From Geobacteraceae bacterium (GTDB taxonomy: Bacteria; Desulfobacterota; Desulfuromonadia; Geobacterales; Geobacteraceae), in the NCBI GenBank assembly GCA_028683595.1, contig JAQUHM010000001.1, positions 1 through 44,953 of the forward strand: a stretch of DNA of 44,953 nucleotides, in the 5' to 3' direction. The stretch's first letter is position 1; each line of letters starts with the position of its first letter. A program made the translations under genes and the position numbers. The notes beneath the pieces are model-generated. The model was given only the letters and a program-made list of their open reading frames with translations, was not told the origin of the DNA and made no database searches. Positions 1 through 7,582 of the stretch are shown piece by piece.

Positions 1-126
1 ACTGGGGCTGGTGTCGCTTATGGGCCAGTACCACCGACTTCAACACACTTCATGAACCGCCGTGTACGGAACCGTACGCACGGTGGTGTGGGAGGACGGC
101 GGGGGTAACCCCGCCTCCTACCCGAT
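1..126 (+). mobile_element. 3' terminus of a group II intron (domains V and VI), truncated by the window edge
   Basis: 57-86 folds as domain V. It has a 9-bp lower helix CCGCCGUGU/GCACGGUGG with a CGC triad whose G59 wobbles with U84, a 2-nt AC bulge (76-77), and a short upper helix closed by GAAC. 90-123 folds as domain VI with a GUAA tetraloop (105-108) and one bulged A (120) that is the 7th nt from an AU end at 125-126. Confidence 0.75.
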
Positions 127-152
127 CAGAAATTTATTCAGTAACTCACAAA

Positions 153-557
153 CTATTTCGTCGCTACCGGATAGAAGAACTGCTTGCCCAGTTCATTCTG
201 GTCTTTGCCGAATACGGTGAGAAACGTCTGGACCTTTTTGGAAAGAAGGTAATCGGATAGTGCTCGAGCTCCTTTGACATTGGTTCCGGGAAATCGGTCC
301 GGATTTGCTTCCATTACGAGATAGGGAAGTCGCATGACCGGATCATCGTCCACCATGATTTTCAGATGGTGACTTCCAGGTTTTCTCGTGATGAACTGGA
401 TGATGCCAATATTAAATTGGCCTTCTTCTTGGCAAAGCGGAGTCTTTCGACATTACTTTTTACTACTTGATGACAGGAGGCAACAGGTATTGGGTCCCGG
501 AAATATATCTCAAGAGGCCGAAGTCAAGGATCTCGATCATTATGGCAAGAAAATTGG
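153..557 (-). pseudogene. Decayed periplasmic substrate-binding protein (tungstate/molybdate TupA-like PBP2), C-terminal remnant only
   Basis: The 67-aa ORF (153-356) and its in-frame upstream extension (..GIIQFITRKPGSHHLKIMVDDDPVMRLPYLVMEANPDRFPG..FGKDQNELGKQFFYP) resemble the last ~100 aa of ~270-aa tungstate-type binding proteins. There is an in-frame stop at 453-455. A DRGTYL-like piece (ISGTQYLL) lies in another frame at ~470-560. Only ~400 nt are available before tonB. Confidence 0.45.
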
Positions 558-1262
558 CTACCTGAGTTGGTAGATAATGGGCATGTTCAGTGTTACGGAA
601 ATAGGTGGTCTGGGAAAAGGTTCTACTTTTTGTATCGTTTCGACGAGATTGGAATCGAGGAGTTCGTAGCCACTGCTTTTCACAATCCTGATATCCCGTA
701 CATGGCCGTTTTTCGACACATCGAAGGATACAACCACCCGGCCCGTCCAGCCCATTCTCTCGGCGCGACGAGGGTAGGAGAGGTTCTCTTCGATTATTTT
801 CTTAATATAGGCGAAGTTTTCCGCACGGTATTTATTTGAGAGCTGTTCTGTGGTGTCGCCGGTACCCTTCCCTGTCGTTCTGGAGGTACCTGCAGTTCCG
901 GTGCCTCCCGGGACACTGTTCCCTGCCGAGGACGGAGTCTGTTCCGGTGGTGGCGGGAGGGATTCTCTCGGTTTTGCAAATATCGGTACTGTTCCTTCCG
1001 GTTCCGAAGCCGGTGCCGGGGGAGCGGTCTTATGTTTCGGTGGTGTGGGCTGCGGAATCGTCTTTGCGATGATCGGTGTTTCCATCTTTTTTTGTGGAGC
1101 ATTGGTGGGCGGTGCCGGGGGCGCGCTTGGCTCCATAAGGGTGAAGTCGATAACAATCGGTTTGTCCTGCTTGGCCAGCGAACTGCTCAGGGCAAATACT
1201 AGTGAGATCGCAACACCGTGGAGCAGTAGCGAAATTGTCATGGCTTTTGTGCGACAATTCAT
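558..1262 (-). CDS. tonB: TonB family energy transducer
   Basis: N-terminal TM segment, Pro-rich spacer (PSAPPAPPTNAP, LPPPPEQTP) and C-terminal TonB domain (YPRRAERMGWTGRVVVSFDV..SSGYELLD). 4-nt overlap with exbD. Confidence 0.85.
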   Translation of the reverse strand: MNCRTKAMTISLLLHGVAISLVFALSSSLAKQDKPIVIDFTLMEPSAPPAPPTNAPQKKMETPIIAKTIPQPTPPKHKTAPPAPASEPEGTVPIFAKPRESLPPPPEQTPSSAGNSVPGGTGTAGTSRTTGKGTGDTTEQLSNKYRAENFAYIKKIIEENLSYPRRAERMGWTGRVVVSFDVSKNGHVRDIRIVKSSGYELLDSNLVETIQKVEPFPRPPISVTLNMPIIYQLR

Positions 1263-1639
1263 TTTTTTAACTCTGTCTGGAGGCTTACCTGGCGAAAACC
1301 GGCATTCTTTACGGTGTCGAGTACGTCCACGAAACCCTGGAGCGCGAGATCCTTGTCTGCCCTGATCAGGAAGGGGGTGCTGCGGTCAAGGGGTTTGACC
1401 GCTGCCAAGAGTTCCTGGAGCGTCATGGGGCTCCCATTGAAAAAAATGGAACCCTGCCTGTCGATTTCAATTGTCCGCACCTTCAGGGCTTGCTCCTGGT
1501 TTTTCGAAGCCTTAGGAAGGTTTACCGGTATGCCTCCGGTGGCGATGAACGTGGAGGTTGTCAATACGATGGTCAACAGGACCAGCATGATATCCACGAA
1601 CGGGATTACATTGATATAATCAAACTCTTTCTCTTCCAT
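1259..1639 (-). CDS. exbD: ExbD/TolR biopolymer transport protein
   Basis: 126 aa with a single TM near the N-terminus ([20 protein letters not shown]) followed by a periplasmic domain. Positioned between exbB and tonB. Confidence 0.9.
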   Translation of the reverse strand: MEEKEFDYINVIPFVDIMLVLLTIVLTTSTFIATGGIPVNLPKASKNQEQALKVRTIEIDRQGSIFFNGSPMTLQELLAAVKPLDRSTPFLIRADKDLALQGFVDVLDTVKNAGFRQVSLQTELKK

Positions 1640-2054
1640 TCATGATCTCCCATCGCAGAATGAGCACTTTTGCCCTCCTCAGGAGGAGGTTGTAGAGGAC
1701 AACCGACGGAATTGCCACCAGAAGACCAACCGCGGTTGCCTTGAGGGCCAGTGCAAGCCCCATCATGATCTTGCCGGTATCCATGAATCCATCGCTTCCC
1801 ATGCTGTAAAAGGTGAGCATGATACCGAGAACTGTCCCAAGAAGTCCCAGGTAGGGTGCATTGCTGCCGATTGTCGCGATGATGTGGAGCTTTTTCGTCA
1901 GTTCCAGTTCCAGGCTCTTCTTGTCGGTGAAGTCCTGCAGCTGAATTCCTCTGAACACGAGATTTCGTTCAATGGCGCAGGCCACCGCTACAATGCTCAG
2001 CAGGATGAGCAGCCAGATAACCCCATAGTCAATAATCAATTTCAGCCATTCCAT
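1620..2054 (-). CDS. exbB: ExbB/TolQ/MotA-family proton channel (short form)
   Basis: 144 aa with the conserved channel core [18 protein letters not shown]...[19 protein letters not shown]. Overlaps exbD by 20 nt. Confidence 0.9.
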   Translation of the reverse strand: MEWLKLIIDYGVIWLLILLSIVAVACAIERNLVFRGIQLQDFTDKKSLELELTKKLHIIATIGSNAPYLGLLGTVLGIMLTFYSMGSDGFMDTGKIMMGLALALKATAVGLLVAIPSVVLYNLLLRRAKVLILRWEIMNGRERV

Positions 2055-2098
2055 AGTATGCCGAACTCCTCTCTGCGTTTGCGCAAATATCTACGCGT

Positions 2099-2127
2099 AA
2101 TATAGCATAATACATTGTGAACTCCAA
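2099..2127 (-). promoter_or_regulatory. Possible sigma70 promoter for exbB-exbD-tonB
   Basis: On the - strand: TTGGAG (2127-2122), 17-nt spacer, TATATT (2104-2099). A 10-bp perfect palindrome TTTGCGCAAA (2078-2087) lies in the resulting leader. Confidence 0.3.
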
Positions 2128-2136
2128 GACCTGAAA

Positions 2137-3465
2137 TCACTCCTGAACGGATGTTCGAAGCACTCTCCCGCGACTGTTCCACCAGAAGAAAAAGGGCAGC
2201 CCGGAAAGGGCGATTGCAAATCCAGTCAGGGATGTGACCGGGTTGGCGGAAACAATCTTTATACCAATTATTGTGTATGCACCGATGAAGACAAGGGGAA
2301 CGAAAGGGTATCCCCAGGTTTTGAACGGCCGCGGAAGATTCGGCTGGCGCTTCCGCAGCACGAAAAGGGCAACACCGGTGGCGACAGAGGTGAGGATCAT
2401 GACAAAGACAACGCTGCTGAGAAGTTCAGCAAACGAGCCGAGCAAGATCATGATTGTGGCGATGAGTGATTGACTCAGGATGGCCGTGCAGGGGGTGTTG
2501 TAGAGGGGGTGGAGTTTCCGGAAGGCCGGCCAGAAGGTGGCATCGTCGGCCATCGCATAGCAGACACGGGCGCCTGTCAGTATGTTGGCGTTGGTGCTAG
2601 CCGCTATGGCGAGGATAATGGGGATCGAGGCGAATCCTGCCAGCGAGGGAGCGAACAGGTACCCGACCGATGTCTGAACAACGTTTATGGAACCCTTCAG
2701 AGCCGGGATGGGCATGGAATAGAGGTAGAGCATGTTCATCAGGGTATAGAGCACCATGACGATACAGGTGCCGATTATCAGGGACAAGGGCAAATTCCGT
2801 TGTGGGTTGCGTATCTCGCTGCCGATGTAGGCGGAGGCGAACCAGCCGCTGTAGGTGAAGATTACTGCGATCATCGGCGTGGAAAAGAGCACTGTCCAGG
2901 AAGTTTTCCCGCCGGTCGTCGCAGTGAAGTTTCCCCAGTCTCCGTTGCCCATGAGAAAACCGCTGAGCAATAAGAGAACCAAGGTGGCAAGAGTACCCAT
3001 GGTGACAATGTCCTGGGTAGTCCCGCCCGGGCGGACGCCACGGATGTTGATCAGTGAAAAAGCCGCTATTATAGCGATTGCAAGGAATTTCCCCTGGAGG
3101 ATGCTGCCGAGGTGAAAGAAACCCTGCAGGTAACTTACCAGGGCCAAGGAGAGGGCGGCGGTCGAGCCGGGGCCGATGATCCAGAAACTGGTCCAGCCGA
3201 GCAGGAATCCGGCCCACCGGCCGTATGCTGCTTTGATAAATTGGTAGTCGCCGCCAGCGAGGGGGAACAGGGCTGCCAGCTCTGCGTAGGTAAGCGCCCC
3301 GCAGATGGTAAGCACGCCACCGAGAATCCAGATGCTGACGAAAAGAAACGGATCGGGGAGTTCCCTGGCCAGAAATCCGCTGGTGGTGAAAATCCCGGCG
3401 CCGACGACGTTGCCGACAATGAGCAGAATGGCGTCGAAAAGTGATATTTCCCGTCGTAGTGACAT
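2137..3465 (-). CDS. APC-superfamily amino acid/polyamine permease
   Basis: 442 aa and multi-TM. The N-terminal motif LLIVGNVVGAGIFTTSG and overall LAT/APC-like sequence support the call. Substrate is not inferable. Confidence 0.85.
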   Translation of the reverse strand: MSLRREISLFDAILLIVGNVVGAGIFTTSGFLARELPDPFLFVSIWILGGVLTICGALTYAELAALFPLAGGDYQFIKAAYGRWAGFLLGWTSFWIIGPGSTAALSLALVSYLQGFFHLGSILQGKFLAIAIIAAFSLINIRGVRPGGTTQDIVTMGTLATLVLLLLSGFLMGNGDWGNFTATTGGKTSWTVLFSTPMIAVIFTYSGWFASAYIGSEIRNPQRNLPLSLIIGTCIVMVLYTLMNMLYLYSMPIPALKGSINVVQTSVGYLFAPSLAGFASIPIILAIAASTNANILTGARVCYAMADDATFWPAFRKLHPLYNTPCTAILSQSLIATIMILLGSFAELLSSVVFVMILTSVATGVALFVLRKRQPNLPRPFKTWGYPFVPLVFIGAYTIIGIKIVSANPVTSLTGFAIALSGLPFFFWWNSRGRVLRTSVQE

Positions 3466-3647
3466 TCGAAAGTTGCTTCCCTTGGCACTCGGTCCGGCCC
3501 CTTTGTCAGGCCGACGCCGGGCTCTGCTGTTGCCTGCGCTTTATTTCGCTGGCTGTCACCACGAATTAGGAGAACGTTTGCCTTTTCGGACACCTTCGTC
3601 TGCCGTTGCCAGGTTTCCGTTGAGGAGAAAGATACGGCGGCAGACGT

Positions 3648-4409
3648 TTACATACCGTTGCGGTTGCGGATTATGATCGGGAAGTACCAGATCATCAGGA
3701 TGCACAGCAGAAGGTTGCCCAACAGGATCAGCGGAAGCCCCGGGTCTTTTTTGATTACCAGGTTCATGTTCGGTTTTTTGCCCTGATCTGTTTTGCCCGC
3801 AATGATCAGGTGGATGCTGTATCCTCCCAGAAAGGTCGGCTGCAGCAGACCTGCGCTGCGTGTTACGGTTCCCTGCTTTGATGAAAAGGAAAGGCGCGCG
3901 GTACATGAGCGGAGCATTCCGGTAAGACCCGGCTCCGTGCGGAAAGAGCACTGGCTGTCGAGCACGGTCATGGTGCCGGACGGGAGAGTTGTCTCCATGC
4001 CGCTGCGAGCCGGCAGTTGCCTGACATCGGAACTGAACTGGCTGATGGCATGGCCGCCGATGATAACAAGGAAGCAAAGGTGCATGACGGACGGAGAGAT
4101 GAGTAGCGTGAAGGTAGTGAATGGATACTCGCGCCGTTTTTTCAACAGTTCCCATAGTCTCTCGGCCGTACATGCGGCGGTATTGATGCCGAACAGGGTG
4201 AGGAGGATAAAAAGCAGCCAGATCCACCAGGAAGATTCGAGGCTGTGGTTGGGAAGCCAATCCTGAAAGCGCATGAAGTTCAGCCTGCTGAAAACGGCTG
4301 GCAAAAGTTTCGCATAAAAACTGCCGGTCAGCAGGGTGAGGGAAATGGCAAGGAGCAGCCAGATACTCAGGTTGATGCTGCTGAAAAACCGCCAGAGTGA
4401 TCTATGCAT
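3648..4409 (-). CDS. Short ResB/CcsB-like membrane protein
   Basis: The N-terminus (FFSSINLSIWLLLAISLTLLTGSF) resembles the ResB family start, and there are TM histidines (VMHLCFLVIIGGHAI). It is only 253 aa. GGGAGG SD 7 nt upstream; 8-nt overlap with the CcsA-like gene. Confidence 0.55.
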   Translation of the reverse strand: MHRSLWRFFSSINLSIWLLLAISLTLLTGSFYAKLLPAVFSRLNFMRFQDWLPNHSLESSWWIWLLFILLTLFGINTAACTAERLWELLKKRREYPFTTFTLLISPSVMHLCFLVIIGGHAISQFSSDVRQLPARSGMETTLPSGTMTVLDSQCSFRTEPGLTGMLRSCTARLSFSSKQGTVTRSAGLLQPTFLGGYSIHLIIAGKTDQGKKPNMNLVIKKDPGLPLILLGNLLLCILMIWYFPIIIRNRNGM

Positions 4410-5151
4410 TCTTGCCTCCCGAACTCACGAGATAGTAGGCATAGATAGAGATCGTTACCAGGATGCCTCCGCACAGGGCGAACCAGGCTTTTTCCCGGAC
4501 TGTCCATCGCGGGGAAAACTGGAGGTGCAGGTAGGCGCAGTAGAAACACCAGATTGCCGCGGAGAGCAAGTGCCGATCACTCCATGAGAAGGGGACGGTC
4601 CAACCCAGGTAGCACCAAACGGCTCCGGAGACCTGGGCGATACTATAGAGGATGAAACCCCAGGTCGCACACCGATTGAAAGTCATCTCCCCTGTTCTGC
4701 GCGTCAAGAAAAGGAACCCGAACCATCCTGCCAGCAGAAAAGCGGCATGGGCCGCCACCTCGAAAATGAAGAAAAGGGTGGCGAACAGGCTGTCTGACTG
4801 GAGAAAGGGCGGCAGGGGCTTGGCTGGAAGGGGGAGGGCAAGCAATGTGAGCAACAACAATGGGATCAGGAGGTGTTTGTCTACTGCTGTGCTTTTCCTC
4901 GGCATACTCCGGACAAGAGTGAAAAAAGCCACGAGCCAGGGAAGGAAGTACAGTTCGGTGAAAAGATTCATGGGGGTAAAGATGCCGAAAGAAAATCCAC
5001 GGCACAGTAAAGCCGCTGAGTGAGCAGCGATACCGAAGGAAAGGAGCGCCAGGGCAATCCGGTGCCGTTTCAGCAGGAAAAAAAGGAGGCTGCCGGCGTA
5101 GCAACCGGCAGCCACATAATACCATGAAAGGAAGGAGGTGAAGACAGCCAT
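4402..5151 (-). CDS. CcsA/ResC/HemX-family (cytochrome c assembly-like) membrane protein with a degenerate WWD motif
   Basis: 249 aa polytopic protein. The C-terminal segment GAVWCYLGWTVPFSWSDRHLLSAAIWCFYCAYLH aligns by eye to the CcsA Trp-rich heme-handling motif (W..WG..W.WDPKE....Y..YLH) and keeps the terminal His. Confidence 0.65.
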   Translation of the reverse strand: MAVFTSFLSWYYVAAGCYAGSLLFFLLKRHRIALALLSFGIAAHSAALLCRGFSFGIFTPMNLFTELYFLPWLVAFFTLVRSMPRKSTAVDKHLLIPLLLLTLLALPLPAKPLPPFLQSDSLFATLFFIFEVAAHAAFLLAGWFGFLFLTRRTGEMTFNRCATWGFILYSIAQVSGAVWCYLGWTVPFSWSDRHLLSAAIWCFYCAYLHLQFSPRWTVREKAWFALCGGILVTISIYAYYLVSSGGKNA

Positions 5152-5175
5152 GTGCTATCGGCCCTTTCTCGTTTT

Positions 5176-5200
5176 CCGGGGAAGCTAAACGTTTCCCCGG
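5176..5200 (-). promoter_or_regulatory. Intercistronic GC hairpin between the receptor gene and the CcsA-like gene
   Basis: 8-bp stem CCGGGGAA/TTCCCCGG with a 9-nt loop, 6 nt after the receptor stop codon. No U-tract follows, so it looks like a processing, stability or partial-attenuation element rather than a full terminator. Confidence 0.4.
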
Positions 5201-5205
5201 GATGA

Positions 5206-7284
5206 TTAGAATTTTGCGGTGAGACCGCCGTAGATGTTGCGGCCCACTGCAGGGTAGCCTGTTTCCGGCTCGTAATTGCGGTCAAAGATGTTGTTTATGG
5301 CCACATATGCCTCAAAATAATTCAGAAACTTCTTCGATACCCGTGCGTTCATGACAAAGTAGCCAGCGCTCTTCTCCTCTGGGTCGGTGGGATACGACAA
5401 TGTCGGTACCTGGCTGTAAATGTTGCTGAAGAGTATGCCGTTCAGGTCGATTCGCGTCTTTATGTACGGGACGGTATACTGGGCACCTAGGTCGAGTTTA
5501 TGCTGGGGAACGTTTCTCACCTTATCGGTTACTTTGGCATCACTCTGGTTGGTAGCATGGTTGAAATTGTATCCCAGCTTCAGGACCAGGTCCTTTACTG
5601 GGTAAAGCTCAGTGTTAAACTCAAGACCGTATACCTCGACATTGCCGATATTTTCGTACTTGTCGGTCTTGTTAGGTCCGGATCTTTCAATCATGTTGGT
5701 AATGTCATGGTAGAAAAATGCCAGTTGGCCCCAGGCAAAATCTCCGAAGGAGCGTGACGCTCCGACGGTTGAGTTGATGGCGTTTTCAGCTTTCAACTCA
5801 GGATTGCCTCCTTTGCTGGCCGATGCGAACAGATTGCTGAGCGTCGGGAAGCGTGTTTTGCGGGCCACCGAGGCAAAGAGCTTCGTTGAGTCGGAGAAGA
5901 CGTAGTTGGCGCCGATCATCGGGTTGAAGCTGTTCGTTGTGGGTTTTGTTGTCAAAGGTGATTGACTTACGAAATTGCCGCTACTGTCTGTGTTGTTCAC
6001 GTTGGCATCGGCTACTTTGAACCAGTCATAGCTGCCCCCTGCGACAATAGTGAAATTTTTCCAATAGCTGATCTCGTCTTCGAGTCCGACGGAACCTGTC
6101 CAGGAGTAATAGTTTTCAAAGGGGAGGGAAGCGATGTCTCGCTGCTTGTGGGAGTCCCCGTTGTAATGCAGGGCAATTCTTACGGTGTTCCATTCCACCG
6201 GTTTGATTTCGGTAATCAGCGAGCCGCCGATTATGTAATCCTGGTATTTGCTCAGGGCGATAGAGTCGGTAAAGGTTTCATCAGAGAATGATTCAAGCTC
6301 GTCCACGTGGTTGTGATAGAACAGTTTTGCTTTGAAGGCCAGTATGTTGTTAACCTTCTGCTCGCCGCTCAGGTCGATACCCCAATCATTATAGGTGGCG
6401 AAACGGAAAAAGTTGGAGAAAGCGGGTTGATTGGGAAAGACCGTAACGGAGTCGAGCGAGGGAGGATTCCCTTTTTCTCGATCCACATAGTGGAAATTGA
6501 CTGAATAATCTGCGTTTTTAGTTGGGGTGAAGCCGAACTTGGCCCAGATGCTGTCGGTCCGGTAGTCGGACTGGTTTCGGGTGCCGCCGTCTTCCGTGAT
6601 GGCGCTGTGGCTGCCGCCCGGCTTTAGCGTTACCGTGGCATCGCGAGGGGTGAAATCGTCGGACATGCGCCAGCCGTGGGCTTGACTGTGTTCATAATTG
6701 AGCCAGTAGTAAAAAAGACCTGTGTTCATACCATGGGAAGCTGAGGCCTTGTAATAATCTACGTCACCGCCTTCAATGTTGACACCAAAGAAAGGTTTTC
6801 CAACCGGTTTTTTTGTAATGATGTTGATCACTCCACCCATGGCATTTGTGCCGTAAAGGACGGAAGCGGCCCCTTTGATCACCTCAATTTTGGCAATGTT
6901 ATCGGTGCTGAACTGGTTCAGGTCGAGTGCTCCGTATTTTGTTTCGTAATAAGGAACACCGTCAATCATTACCAGAACACGGCTCTGATCAAAAATTCCA
7001 TGAATAGAGATGTTCGGCACGTTCTTTGTCCCGGTAGTGACGCGCACTCCAGGGGTATCGGCTAATGCTTCGGCAACAGTTTTGCTGTTGGTTGCCTGGA
7101 TATCATCAGCGGTAACCTCGTTGGCTATGGTGATTTCCTGGTCAAGGGGGGGCTTGTCGCCTTTAATGTAGACTTCTCCAAGTGAATAGCTTTCATAGCC
7201 CTCTGTAGGGGCGTTTTCTTCCGCTAGTGCGGGAGAGGCAATCAGAAAAAGACAGCTTACCAGCAGCGGTACGGAAATTCTCAT
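5206..7284 (-). CDS. TonB-dependent outer-membrane receptor
   Basis: Signal peptide MRISVPLLVSCLFLIASPALA, plug domain (IEVIKGAASVLYGTNAMGGVINIITK), long beta-barrel, and C-terminal ..YGGLTAKF. Start moved to ATG 7284 (AAGGAGG upstream); the ORF-track start at 7353 adds an implausible leader. Confidence 0.9.
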   Translation of the reverse strand: MRISVPLLVSCLFLIASPALAEENAPTEGYESYSLGEVYIKGDKPPLDQEITIANEVTADDIQATNSKTVAEALADTPGVRVTTGTKNVPNISIHGIFDQSRVLVMIDGVPYYETKYGALDLNQFSTDNIAKIEVIKGAASVLYGTNAMGGVINIITKKPVGKPFFGVNIEGGDVDYYKASASHGMNTGLFYYWLNYEHSQAHGWRMSDDFTPRDATVTLKPGGSHSAITEDGGTRNQSDYRTDSIWAKFGFTPTKNADYSVNFHYVDREKGNPPSLDSVTVFPNQPAFSNFFRFATYNDWGIDLSGEQKVNNILAFKAKLFYHNHVDELESFSDETFTDSIALSKYQDYIIGGSLITEIKPVEWNTVRIALHYNGDSHKQRDIASLPFENYYSWTGSVGLEDEISYWKNFTIVAGGSYDWFKVADANVNNTDSSGNFVSQSPLTTKPTTNSFNPMIGANYVFSDSTKLFASVARKTRFPTLSNLFASASKGGNPELKAENAINSTVGASRSFGDFAWGQLAFFYHDITNMIERSGPNKTDKYENIGNVEVYGLEFNTELYPVKDLVLKLGYNFNHATNQSDAKVTDKVRNVPQHKLDLGAQYTVPYIKTRIDLNGILFSNIYSQVPTLSYPTDPEEKSAGYFVMNARVSKKFLNYFEAYVAINNIFDRNYEPETGYPAVGRNIYGGLTAKF

Positions 7285-7523
7285 CCTCACGATAAAATTC
7301 CTCCTTTGTGTAATTTTTAAGCAAAATAACATTAAAGCCGATAGTAATAACAACTTTCGCTATATATCAAAAAAAACAACGCATTGCAAGTTGTTTTGTT
7401 CATTAAAATTAAAGAGTATTATTTTTGCAAAGCTTGTATTAATTCGTCCGTGGGGTGAAAGGATCCTGTGCTGAGGGAGTCTGTCGACTGGGTCGGTCAT
7501 TTTCATAAATACGCTATATATTG

Positions 7524-7553
7524 TTGACTACAGCAAGGGGTGTTTGTTATAAT
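7524..7553 (+). promoter_or_regulatory. Sigma70-type promoter for the 7583 gene
   Basis: TTGACT (7524-7529), 18-nt spacer, TATAAT (7548-7553), about 30 nt upstream of the ATG. It lies in an AT-rich divergent intergenic region. Confidence 0.5.
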
Positions 7554-7582
7554 TTTCCATCTTAATTTTTTCGAGGTTTTCC

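Noticed and set aside
794-1365. Several 75-171-aa ORFs on both strands within tonB
   Set aside because: They arise from the Pro-rich (CCN-repeat) spacer of tonB and give Gly/Pro/Arg-rich nonsense in the other frames.
3466-3647. Glycine or other amino-acid riboswitch upstream of the APC permease
   Set aside because: GUGCCAAGGGAAGCAAC loosely resembles the glycine-aptamer CCGAAGGGGCAA core. The GGAGAG and CUCAGGCAAAAGGAC partners are missing, so no class assignment is justified. The structure itself is reported separately.
3556-4260. 234-aa same-strand alternate-frame ORF overlapping the ResB-like gene and the downstream spacer
   Set aside because: It is an Arg/Pro/His-rich off-frame translation. 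The ResB-like frame gives coherent TM helices and has a good SD.
7285-7523. Cobalamin riboswitch or Fur box in the leader of the TonB-dependent receptor
   Set aside because: I looked for the B12 box and GGTG/GCCACTG-type elements and found none. The best Fur-like stretch (AATAATACTCTTTAATTTT, about 7406-7424 on the - strand) matches only about 10/19 consensus positions. A possible TTGCAA-17-TTTAAT promoter and an AAAACAAC/GTTGTTTT inverted repeat (7373-7397) are present, but neither is diagnostic.
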